Below are positions 45,993-54,934 of a stretch of 64,000 bases of DNA, one piece after another. The first letter of the stretch is position 1; the number at the start of each line of letters is the position of its first letter. The DNA lies in NCBI GenBank assembly GCA_046292385.1, contig JBKBRF010000017.1:1-64000 (forward strand), read 5' to 3'. Below the pieces are notes generated by a model. That model searched no databases, was not told where the DNA came from, and saw only the letters and a list, made by a program, of their open reading frames with translations. The stretch comes from Armatimonadota bacterium. GTDB lineage: Bacteria; Armatimonadota; SYMT01. Position numbers and translations under genes: made by a program.

Positions 45993-46780
45993 AGGGGTAC
46001 GGGTCGGTCTTTCAGGCGCGCTTCCGCCTCCTGCTCCAGTACCGCGCCGCCGCCACGGCCGGCTTCGCCACCCAGCTCTTCTGGGGGCTGATCCGCGTCA
46101 TGATCTTCGACGCCTTCTACCGCCAGGGCGGGGGCGAGCAGCCGCTCAGCTTCCCGGAGGTGGTGACCTACGTCTGGCTGGGCCAGGCGACTCTGGCGCT
46201 GACGCTGGGCGGGGCGGAGGCGGAGATCCGGGCGATGGTCCGCTGCGGGACGGTCGCCTACGAGCTGGTGCGCCCACTCGATCTCTACGGGTTCTGGTAC
46301 TGCCGCACGTTGGCCGGGCGCGTGGCGCCGATGCTGCTGCGCGGCGTGCCGCTCTACCTGGCGGCACTGCTGTTCTTCGGGCTCGGCCCGCCTGCCGGTC
46401 CGGAGGCGGCGCTCGGGTTCGCCGCCTCTCTCGCCGCCGCGGTGCTGCTGGCCGGGGCGGTCTTCATGCTGATGAACGTCTCGCTCTTCTGGACCGTCTC
46501 CGGCGAGGGGGTGGCCCGCTTCGGCCCGGCGCTCATCTACGTCTGCTCCGGGCTGCTGGTGCCGCTGCCGCTCTTCCCGGAGTGGGCGCGCGCCGCGCTC
46601 GGCTTCCTGCCGTTCCGCGGCCTGGCGGACGTGCCGTACCGGATCTACCTGGGTCACCTGCCGGCGGAGGCGGTTCCCGGCCTGCTGCTGCACCAGCTCG
46701 CCTGGACGGCGGCCCTGGTACTCTTCGGACGGTATCTACTCGCCCGCGCGGCCCGGCGCCTGGTGGTGCAGGGAGGCTGA
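45989..46780 (+). CDS. ABC-2 family permease
   Basis: QYRAA, YVWLGQ, GTVAYELVRP, SGLLVPLPLFP, LVVQGG end. Confidence 0.9.
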   Translation: MKGYGSVFQARFRLLLQYRAAATAGFATQLFWGLIRVMIFDAFYRQGGGEQPLSFPEVVTYVWLGQATLALTLGGAEAEIRAMVRCGTVAYELVRPLDLYGFWYCRTLAGRVAPMLLRGVPLYLAALLFFGLGPPAGPEAALGFAASLAAAVLLAGAVFMLMNVSLFWTVSGEGVARFGPALIYVCSGLLVPLPLFPEWARAALGFLPFRGLADVPYRIYLGHLPAEAVPGLLLHQLAWTAALVLFGRYLLARAARRLVVQGG

Positions 46781-46810
46781 GCGGTGCTGAAGCTCGGCAT
46801 CCGTGGGGCC

Positions 46811-46931
46811 GCGAGGCATTGAGATACCTCGCTGGACGGCCTGCGGCCACGCGTCCTCCGGACGCCCGAATCGAGCCCTCTCAGTCCGCGAAGGCGGACT
46901 TCGCGCCGTCGTTGCCGCGGTTTCAACCGCC
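46811..46931 (-). repeat. REP-like composite element inside the ABC operon
   Basis: Inverted homolog of 28815-28958. Confidence 0.8.
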
Positions 46932-46954
46932 CGGTCTTCCATCAAACAACCGTC

Positions 46955-47758
46955 ATGCTCAACTCCCTTCACCTCTACCTCCGCTACCTCGCTCTCTCCG
47001 TCCGGGGGCAGATGCAGTACCGCGCCTCCTTCCTGATGTTGACGGCGGGACACTTCCTGCTCACCGGAACGGAGTTCCTGGGCGTCTGGGCGTTGATGGA
47101 GCGCTTCGGCGGGCTCCGGGGCTGGCGGCTGCCGGAGGTGGCGGTGCTGTACGGCGCGATCAACGTCTCGTTCGCGCTGGCGGAGGGGGTGGGGCGGGGA
47201 TTCGACATCTTTTCTCAGCAGGTAAAGTCGGGCGACTTCGACCGGCTCCTGCTGCGGCCGCGGAGCACCGCGTTCCAGGTGGCGGCTTCGGAGGCGCAGC
47301 TCTTCCGGGTGGGGCGGCTGGCACAGGGGGCGCTGATCCTGGCGTGGGGGCTCGCGTCGGCGCCGATCGACTGGAGCCCCGCCGCGGCGCTGCTGGTGCC
47401 GGCGATGGTCCTCGGCGGCGCCTGCCTCTTCTACGGGCTCTTCGTGCTCCAGGCGACGCTGGCGTTCTGGACCGTCGATTCGCTGGAGGTCTTCAACACG
47501 GTCACCTATGGCGGCATCGAGACGGCGCAGTACCCGCTGGAGATCTACCGGCCCTGGTTCCGCCGCTTCTTCACCGTGGTGGTGCCGCTCGCCTGTGCCA
47601 ACTACCTGCCGGTCCACGCGCTGCTCGGCCGCCCGGATCCGTTCGGAGCTCCGCCGCTCCTCCAGTGGGCCGCGCCCGCGGGCGGGCTCCTGTTCCTGCT
47701 CGTATGCCTCCGGGTCTGGAAAACCGGAGAGCGCCGCTATTGCTCCACCGGAAGCTGA
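46955..47758 (+). CDS. ABC-2 family permease
   Basis: QMQYRASF, GDFDRLLLRP, QYPLEIY, YCSTGS end. Confidence 0.9.
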   Translation: MLNSLHLYLRYLALSVRGQMQYRASFLMLTAGHFLLTGTEFLGVWALMERFGGLRGWRLPEVAVLYGAINVSFALAEGVGRGFDIFSQQVKSGDFDRLLLRPRSTAFQVAASEAQLFRVGRLAQGALILAWGLASAPIDWSPAAALLVPAMVLGGACLFYGLFVLQATLAFWTVDSLEVFNTVTYGGIETAQYPLEIYRPWFRRFFTVVVPLACANYLPVHALLGRPDPFGAPPLLQWAAPAGGLLFLLVCLRVWKTGERRYCSTGS

Positions 47759-47935
47759 CCCGGCGCGCCGCGTGTGATTAAGATTCGTGCGTTGAATGTT
47801 TGCTGCACCAAGGGAACGCGGTGGGGGGGAGGCGAACGTGGGAAGGGCGGGGCACGCCGAGGCGAAGAGCTCCCCGCCCGCGCACGATCCGGAGCCGGCG
47901 ACCCGCGGGAGCCGCAGCAGAGCCCGAATTGACGA

Positions 47936-50053
47936 ATGGTTGAGACGAACCCGCAAACGCTGGCGCTGGTAAGAATGGCCGTGGCCCGTGTCGCCTCCGA
48001 TCCGGAGGACGAGCAGCGCTATCTGGAGCTGAACTGGGCGCTGGACCGGGCGGTGGAGCGCGATTTCCGCTACCGGGAGCTGCTGGCGATCTTCGAGGAA
48101 GGCGCCGCCACCGCCGCGGAGGATGTCTCCTGGGCCTGGTGGCTCGCCGCCGGCCTGGGGGGGAACCTGACCGGGGACTCGGAGCGGGCCACCCACCTGC
48201 TGGAGCAGGCGCGGCGGGAGCTGGAGGCGCAGGGCCGCGACCACACCGCCATCGGCTCCTTCACCTGCGGAGAGCTGGCCCGGGCCTACTACCACTGCGG
48301 CGGCGCCCCGGCGGAGGAGGCGGCCACCCGCGGCCTGCAGCTCGCCCGCTCCGCCAACTCGCCCCTGGCGGAGGGCTACGCCCATCACTACCTGGGGCTA
48401 ATCCTGGTCCGGCGGCGGGAGTACGACTACGCCCGGCGCCACATCCTGGCCGCGCGCGAGCTGTTCGAGCGGATGAAGCAGCGCCACGGCCGCGCGCGCG
48501 TGCTCGATTCTCTGGCCAGCCTGGAGATGGACCTGGGGCACTACGAAGTCGCCCGCCAGCTCCTGGAGGAGAGCCTGGGGGTGAAGAGCGAGTTCCGCGA
48601 CCTCCGCGGCCAGGCGCTCACCTGCTCCAACCTGGGGCGGCTCTACACCGGCCTGGCGGACTACTCCCAGGCGCTCCACTACCTGGACCGCGCCCGGGAG
48701 CTGAGCACCCGCGTGGGAGACGAGCGGACCGCCACTCTGCTGCGGATCCGCCTGGGCGAGCTGCACCTGCGGCACAACCACGCGGAGCTGGCGCGAGTGG
48801 AGCTGGAAGCCGCCTTCCGCATGGCGCGAGACCGCCACGACGAGATGCTGGTGGCGACCGCCTGCTTCGCCCTGGCGGAGGCGGAGCGCCGCCTGGGGCA
48901 CTATCCCGACGCGCTGCACTCGATCCGGCTGGCGGAGCGGTTCTTCGGGAAGAGCGACGACGTGGTGATGCGGGACCGCGTGGCGCTGCGCCGCGCCCTG
49001 CTGGAGGGGGTCGACTTCGAATCGTCACGGGTCGAGGGTCCGCTCAACCGGCTGCGGGCCTGCGACGCCTCCGGCGCGCTGGCCGACGCGCTCTTCGAAG
49101 CGGCCAGCTTCTTTCACGAGCGAGGGCGCGTGCAGCAGGTGGCGGCGCTCTACGCCGAAGCGCTCGACGCCGCCGAGCCGGCGCAGGCGATCCAGCTTGC
49201 GGAGCAGATGCGCAGCCGGGCCGAAAGCGTGGAGGGGCGCGCGTGGGTCGACGCGATGCTGAACGTCAAGCACCACAAAGACGAGCTGGAGCAGGCGTAC
49301 GGGGAGCTGCGCCGCGCCGAATCGCTGCGGGACGCGCTGACGCAGATGATCGTTCACGACCTCAAGAATCCGCTCACCGCGATCACTCCCTGGCTCCAGA
49401 CGATCCAGATGGGCGGTCTCTCGGAAGACGAGACCGAGTCGGTGCTGCAGACGGTGATCGATGAGTGCGACTACCTGCTCCGCACCATCGAGGACCTGAA
49501 CGACGTCGGGAAGATGCAGCACGAGCGCACGCTCGACCTCTCCCTGGAGCGGCTCGACCTGACCGAGCTGATGAACGAAGTGGCCCGCCGGCTGCAGACC
49601 CGCGCCCGCGATGCCGGCATGACGATCCGGTGCGACTGCCCCCGGGCCTCGCTGCTGCCGGTCCGAGGGGATCGCTCCAAGCTCCGCCGCGTGCTGGAGA
49701 ATCTGGTCGCCAACGCGATCAAGTACGGCCGGCCCGCCGAGGGCTCCGGCCTGCCGGCGGAGGTGGAGATCCGGGCGCGCGTGGAGCCGCCGCCGCCGGA
49801 CGGGGGCTCTCCCTCCGTACGGGTCGAGGTGTGCGACTTCGGTCCCGGGATCCCGCTGGCGGAGGCGGAGCGAGTCTTCGAGCCGTACTACCAGGCCGAA
49901 GCCGGCCGCAAGCGCAAGGCCGGGGTCGGCCTGGGCCTCGCCTTCTCCCGCATGGTGGTCCAGGCGCACGGCGGCGCCCTCTGGACCGAGCCGAATCCTC
50001 ACGGCGGCAGCGTCTTCGCCTTCCGCCTCCCCGCCGAGGACCTCTCGAGCTGA
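47936..50053 (+). CDS. Cytoplasmic TPR-containing sensor histidine kinase
   Basis: TPR-like helices, no obvious TM; HDLKNPL H-box, ENLVANAIKY, DFGPGI, GVGLGL. Confidence 0.9.
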   Translation: MVETNPQTLALVRMAVARVASDPEDEQRYLELNWALDRAVERDFRYRELLAIFEEGAATAAEDVSWAWWLAAGLGGNLTGDSERATHLLEQARRELEAQGRDHTAIGSFTCGELARAYYHCGGAPAEEAATRGLQLARSANSPLAEGYAHHYLGLILVRRREYDYARRHILAARELFERMKQRHGRARVLDSLASLEMDLGHYEVARQLLEESLGVKSEFRDLRGQALTCSNLGRLYTGLADYSQALHYLDRARELSTRVGDERTATLLRIRLGELHLRHNHAELARVELEAAFRMARDRHDEMLVATACFALAEAERRLGHYPDALHSIRLAERFFGKSDDVVMRDRVALRRALLEGVDFESSRVEGPLNRLRACDASGALADALFEAASFFHERGRVQQVAALYAEALDAAEPAQAIQLAEQMRSRAESVEGRAWVDAMLNVKHHKDELEQAYGELRRAESLRDALTQMIVHDLKNPLTAITPWLQTIQMGGLSEDETESVLQTVIDECDYLLRTIEDLNDVGKMQHERTLDLSLERLDLTELMNEVARRLQTRARDAGMTIRCDCPRASLLPVRGDRSKLRRVLENLVANAIKYGRPAEGSGLPAEVEIRARVEPPPPDGGSPSVRVEVCDFGPGIPLAEAERVFEPYYQAEAGRKRKAGVGLGLAFSRMVVQAHGGALWTEPNPHGGSVFAFRLPAEDLSS

Positions 50054-50174
50054 TTCGCGCCCCGCTGCGCGCCTCGCGAGCTCCGCACCCGTCCGCCGCC
50101 CCGGCCCGGCTTCCCCGGCCCGGACCGCCAACCGAGCAGCCGCCTGTAAAAAAAGCGCTCCTCATTCAATCGAT

Positions 50175-50190
50175 TGGCACGGCTCTTGCT
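50175..50190 (+). promoter_or_regulatory. Sigma54 (-24/-12) promoter
   Basis: TGGCACG-gctc-TTGCT matches the consensus TGGCACG-N4-TTGCW. Confidence 0.75.
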
Positions 50191-50514
50191 TACTCATTCA
50201 TCCGGTTGACAGAATGGCCCATTCGGTGGACGAGCAGGCAGGCCTGCGGATCGCGCCGAAAACGCCAGAATGAAGTAGGAGCGCACGATTGGCCGGTCGG
50301 ACAGCGAGAACTGTCCGGTTGACCAAACGGCCGGCCCCACGCAGAGGGTAACCTGAACGGGTAGCCCACCCTCCGTGAGCTGCGAAGCTTGAAGCGATTT
50401 GGGAGCCCCGATTCCGGAGCTCCCGGCGAGCGAGTGCCCGTAGTACGGCGCGCGCCCCGCACTCTGTGAACGAGCCGCCGGCGGAGACCCTGCCGGCCAA
50501 GAAATGGTGAGAAG

Positions 50515-52533
50515 ATGCATCGATCCCTGAGCATCCTGGGGGTTGGGCTGGGGCTGACGGCACTGGCGGCGGGAACCTCCGGTGTCCGAGCGGGAGCTTC
50601 CGCTTCGGTCACTCTCCCGCCGGCGCTGAAGGCGAAGCTGGCGTCCAACCTTTACCGCGCCGAGGCGCGGGCGGGACGGCGAACCTACATTGTTCAGTTC
50701 CGCGACGCGAAGCGCGGCCTGGAGCTGGTACGACGGAGCGGGGCTACCGTGGAGCACGCGTTCAGCGTGCTGCCGATGGCGAGCGTGACCGCGGCTCCCG
50801 ACGAGCTGAACCGGCTCCTGGCTTCCTCCGAGGTGACGAACGTCAGCTCGGACGCCACCGTGAAGAAGTCGATGGAGTTCGCGATCCCCGCCGTGCGGGC
50901 CGACATGCCGCACAAGGTCGGCTTGAAGGGCAGCGGCGTCACGGTGGCAGTGATCGATAGCGGCATCGCCAATCACTGGGACATCCGCGAGGATCGCTCC
51001 GGGCAGCGCCAGAGCCGGGTGCTCGCCGGAGTGGACTTTGTCAAAGGTGGGTCCAGCACGGCGATGGGCAACGACGAGTGCGGTCACGGCACGATGGTTG
51101 CCGGGATCGCGTGCGGCGACGCCACCTCCAGCACCATGAACACCGATCGTGCCTGGAACACCCGGCACTTCTTCGGCGTGGCGCCGGCTACCAGCATCCT
51201 CAACCTGCGCGTGCTGGACAAGCACGGGCAGGGCACGGTGACCAACGCCATCAAGGCGCTGGAGTGGTGTATCCAGAACAAGACGAAGTACAACATCCGC
51301 GTCGTCAACATGTCGCTCGGCCATCCGCCGTTCCAGAGCTATCTGGAAGACCCGCTCTGCCAGATGACGGAGCAGGCGTGGAAGGCGGGCCTGGTGGTGG
51401 TGTGCGCGGCGGGGAACCGCGGCCGGGCGGTGGCGAACGACCAGAACGGCGGTGCCCGGTACGGCACGATCAACAGCCCCGGCAATAGCCCGTACGTGAT
51501 CACGGTGGGCGCCACGCGGGACAGCGGGACGGTCACCACGGATGACGACTGGGTCGCATCCTACAGCAGCCGCGGGCCGACGCGCATCGACCACATCGTG
51601 AAGCCGGACCTGGTGGCGCCCGGCAACCGGATCATCAGCCTGCGGCACCCCGGCAGCGAGTTGGAGCGCGTGGCAGGCGGCACCAACCTGATCGAGAACT
51701 GGTACTACTGGCAGCGGAAGAACGACAAGGACGTGAACGGCACGTCCAAGGACTACTTCCACCTGTCCGGGTCCAGCATGGCGGCGGCGGTGGTTTCCGG
51801 CGCGGCCGCGCTGATGGTCGGCCTCGATCCGTCGCTGACGCCGGACACGGTGAAGGCGCGCCTGATGCTTACGGCCCGCAGCGAGTGGCGCGCGGACGGC
51901 CAGTCGCCGGACATCTTCAGCCGCGGCGCGGGGCTGCTCGACGTAGACCGTGCCCTCCGCTGCCGGGTGGTGGCGACGCGGCCGGCCCTCTCTCCTTACG
52001 TCTCGCGGCACGAGAGCACGCTGACGTTCTACTACGGGCGAGGCCTGGGTGGAGAGGAGACGTTCTGGAGCGGCCTGGGTGTCCAGGCGCACCAGGCGCT
52101 CTGGAGCGACGACACGCCGAAGTCGTCCACCGGCACCTACCCCGGCTCGGGCGGGACCAGCACCTATCCGGATATGTCGTACTACGATCCCAAGAAGTAC
52201 ACGTACAATCCGGACGACTACAAGTCGCAGGCGCTCTGGAGCGATCAGGCGCTCTGGAGCGACGACGCCCCGCGTGCCCAGGCGGACACGGCGCAGGCGC
52301 TCTGGAGTGACCAGGCGCTCTGGTCCGACGGTCCTGCCGCGCAGGCGGAAGCGCAGGCGTTGTGGAGTGATCAGGCGCTCTGGTCGGACAGCCCGGCCGA
52401 CGCCATGCAAGAGCTCCAGAACTGGGCGCAGCAGGCGCTCTGGTCGGACGATAAACCTCGCAGCGATAGCGGGGAGCTCACCCAAGCACTCTGGTCGGAC
52501 GTGTTCCGAGTGTCCGTTCTGGGGGACGAATGA
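50515..52533 (+). CDS. Secreted S8 subtilase with nine C-terminal QALWSD repeats
   Basis: Signal peptide, propeptide; VAVIDSG, GHGTMVAG, AAGN, LSGSSMAA. Confidence 0.92.
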   Translation: MHRSLSILGVGLGLTALAAGTSGVRAGASASVTLPPALKAKLASNLYRAEARAGRRTYIVQFRDAKRGLELVRRSGATVEHAFSVLPMASVTAAPDELNRLLASSEVTNVSSDATVKKSMEFAIPAVRADMPHKVGLKGSGVTVAVIDSGIANHWDIREDRSGQRQSRVLAGVDFVKGGSSTAMGNDECGHGTMVAGIACGDATSSTMNTDRAWNTRHFFGVAPATSILNLRVLDKHGQGTVTNAIKALEWCIQNKTKYNIRVVNMSLGHPPFQSYLEDPLCQMTEQAWKAGLVVVCAAGNRGRAVANDQNGGARYGTINSPGNSPYVITVGATRDSGTVTTDDDWVASYSSRGPTRIDHIVKPDLVAPGNRIISLRHPGSELERVAGGTNLIENWYYWQRKNDKDVNGTSKDYFHLSGSSMAAAVVSGAAALMVGLDPSLTPDTVKARLMLTARSEWRADGQSPDIFSRGAGLLDVDRALRCRVVATRPALSPYVSRHESTLTFYYGRGLGGEETFWSGLGVQAHQALWSDDTPKSSTGTYPGSGGTSTYPDMSYYDPKKYTYNPDDYKSQALWSDQALWSDDAPRAQADTAQALWSDQALWSDGPAAQAEAQALWSDQALWSDSPADAMQELQNWAQQALWSDDKPRSDSGELTQALWSDVFRVSVLGDE

Positions 52534-52586
52534 AAATGCGAAAACGAGTTGCATCCCATCGTGGCGTCCGCTCGACACTACTTCCG

Positions 52587-52715
52587 ATGCTGAAGTATCT
52601 GGTCGTAGGACTCCTCCTCGCCGGCGTGGCCCTCGCTCCGGTCACGGCCCACGCGGCTGGCTGCGCCGGGGACTCGCCGAAGCCTCAAAAAACACAGGTT
52701 CTCTGGAGCGACTAA
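52587..52715 (+). CDS. Small secreted peptide ending QVLWSD
   Basis: 42 aa MLKYLVVGLLLAGVALAPVTAHA-AGCAGDSPKPQKTQVLWSD; alternative start 52530. Confidence 0.7.
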   Translation: MLKYLVVGLLLAGVALAPVTAHAAGCAGDSPKPQKTQVLWSD

Positions 52716-52743
52716 CCGCTTTCAGGGTTCCGGAACGCGCACC

Positions 52744-52779
52744 GGACAGCCCGGCCTCCACCTGGAGGCCGGGCTGTCC
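52744..52779. terminator. Strong hairpin between convergent genes
   Basis: ggacagcccggcctcca/tggaggccgggctgtcc. Confidence 0.6.
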
Positions 52780-52871
52780 TGCGTACGGCTGCGGAGCTCA
52801 GTGGGAGAGTGAGAGAGTGGGATCCGGGGCCGGCCGTGTGGCGCCGGTCTCCCGGATCCCCGGCGCACCGT

Positions 52872-53555
52872 TTAGAGCTGTTTGAGGTGGAAGTCTTTGA
52901 ACTGCACCTTCATCGGCGGGCCCTGGTGGAGCTGCAGCGCGAGGATGCCCTCCGCCGCGCGGCCGTCGGTATCCTCGTCCGTCGTCTCGGCCGTCACCAC
53001 GCCGTTGATCTCGTGGCGGAGCTGGTTGCCGCGAGCGACGAGGTGGTACTCGTTCCACTCCCCTTTCCGCACCGCCGCCTTGATCTTCTCCGGGTCTCCC
53101 ACGGTGCCCACCACCTTCGGCTTGCCGTCTTCTCCGATGACGGTCCGCTGTCCCGGCTCGGCCAGGACGCCGCGTCCGCGCTCCTCGTAGATCAGGCCGT
53201 TCCAGCGGTCGCCGGCTTCGAAGTCGGCCTGGTAGCCTGCCACCACCCAGTTGCCCAGGTGCTTGCTGCGGTACTGGATGCCGGAGTTGCCGCCTTCGAT
53301 GCGGAACTTCACCCGGAGGTCGAAGTCCTTCAGCGTGCCGCCCTTCCAGATCAGGAAGGTGTTCTGCGGCGTGGGGCGGTCCGGCGTGGTGGTGCCGGTC
53401 AGGGCGCCGTCCTGCACGGACCAGAACTTCGGATCACCGTCCCAGCCGGTCAGGTCCTTCCCGTTGAAGAGGCTGCGGGAATCGGGCTGGGCGGCAGCCA
53501 CGGTCGCGGCCGCGAGGGCGACCAGCGCGGTAAGGGAAATCAGGCGATGAGCCAT
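52872..53555 (-). CDS. DUF1080 (3-keto-disaccharide hydrolase) family protein
   Basis: LFNGKDLTGW, NSGIQYRS, GYQADF, GEWNEY, LQLHQG. Confidence 0.9.
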   Translation of the reverse strand: MAHRLISLTALVALAAATVAAAQPDSRSLFNGKDLTGWDGDPKFWSVQDGALTGTTTPDRPTPQNTFLIWKGGTLKDFDLRVKFRIEGGNSGIQYRSKHLGNWVVAGYQADFEAGDRWNGLIYEERGRGVLAEPGQRTVIGEDGKPKVVGTVGDPEKIKAAVRKGEWNEYHLVARGNQLRHEINGVVTAETTDEDTDGRAAEGILALQLHQGPPMKVQFKDFHLKQL

Positions 53556-53631
53556 CCGGACGTCTCCTGCGGAAGCCGCGAGCGCCGACGGTCCGGCGCC
53601 GCACTACCGAATTTCCGCCGCCGTGCCCCGC

Positions 53632-54816
53632 TCACCTGCCCGCAGTGGCCTCGGCCAGCTCCGCGGCGGCGAGCGCGCGCTCGTCCGGGCCGCGCCTCGC
53701 GCTCGCCGGCGCGCCGCTGCCGCGCTCGCGCACCACTCGGATGAAGTGATCCGTGAAGATCGCGTTCCGCATCACGATCTCGCGCGGCATGTGGCAGCTT
53801 ACGCAGTTCCCCCGCGGCTGCTCCGGGCAGACCGCCAGGTGCGGCTGGCCGCCGTGGCAGCCGGAGCAGACTTTCTTGTAGTGCTCCGGGTCCTTGCTGC
53901 TGTTTCCGTGCGGCTGGTGGCAGGAGACACAGGAGAGGCCGCCCGGGGTCTCCGTGTAGCACTCGCTGCGCACCAGGCGCGCCGGGGCAAAGCGGATCAT
54001 CACCGGCGCGTCCGGGTCGGTTCCCGGCGGCGGCTCCAGGCGATGACAGGTGGCGCAGAACCGCACGTTCTCTGCGCCGGAGCCGGAGCCGGGATTGGGA
54101 ATGCTCCCCTTCGCCTGTCCGAGACGAGCCAGGCGGATGTGCTCGGCGCCGCCGCCGTGGCAGCGCTCGCACTGCACCCCTGCTTCGATGCGCGAGAGGT
54201 CCGGCCCATCCTTCTGCTGCAGCACGCCGGTGGCATGGCAGTCGAAGCAGGCATTGATCTCGTCCGGCGGCAGCGGGCGGCCGGCGGCGCTGCGGGAGCG
54301 GAGTGAGGGGTCATTCAGGAGGAAGCCGACAGTAAAGTCCCAGCCGGCGTTCCGATAGTAGGTGACGGGTGCCTCGACCCACTCACCGTTGGGGGTCTGC
54401 CCCACCGGGGTCATTGCCAGGGTTCCCGACCCGAACGCCCACTGCGTCGGGTTCCAGAGCGGGTTCCCGTTTAGCTGTCCTTCCACGCCGAAGACGCCGT
54501 CCTTCTGCGCTGCTCGCGTGAGCATCGGCAGCTCCGGATCGGAAAGCCACTTCGGCTCCGGGAGCGGAGAAGTGGCGGCGAACTGCTCCATCGTCGCCAG
54601 GGTGTGGGCGTGGTGACTCTCCGCGTGCTCGTCCACCAGGGCCGCGTGGCACTCCGCGCAGGCCTGGGAGCCGGCGAATCCTGGAACGAAGGCGCGCGGC
54701 GGCTGCGGCTCCGGACGCAGCGCCAGCGCAGCGACCCACGCCCCATACCCCGCGAGGGCCAGGGGAAGCAGCGCCAGCAGCCATCGCAGAGAACGGCCGC
54801 GAAGGAAGACGGGCAT
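53632..54816 (-). CDS. Multiheme c-type cytochrome
   Basis: Seven CxxCH motifs; N-terminal TM; C-terminal CVSCHMP...FTDHFI. Confidence 0.85.
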   Translation of the reverse strand: MPVFLRGRSLRWLLALLPLALAGYGAWVAALALRPEPQPPRAFVPGFAGSQACAECHAALVDEHAESHHAHTLATMEQFAATSPLPEPKWLSDPELPMLTRAAQKDGVFGVEGQLNGNPLWNPTQWAFGSGTLAMTPVGQTPNGEWVEAPVTYYRNAGWDFTVGFLLNDPSLRSRSAAGRPLPPDEINACFDCHATGVLQQKDGPDLSRIEAGVQCERCHGGGAEHIRLARLGQAKGSIPNPGSGSGAENVRFCATCHRLEPPPGTDPDAPVMIRFAPARLVRSECYTETPGGLSCVSCHQPHGNSSKDPEHYKKVCSGCHGGQPHLAVCPEQPRGNCVSCHMPREIVMRNAIFTDHFIRVVRERGSGAPASARRGPDERALAAAELAEATAGR

Positions 54817-54934
54817 TACAGTCGAAAAGGCTAAGCAGACCGAGGAAGCCGGGGGAATGTTCCCTGCCGGACACCGGCAGTCGGTCCGCACGATTGGCAG
54901 CAGTAGCTTCGCCGCCGGCGAGCTCGATTCCTGA

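Noticed and set aside
52093..52500. CRISPR or DNA-level tandem repeat
   Set aside because: The repeats are in-frame codons with synonymous variation, so this is a protein repeat
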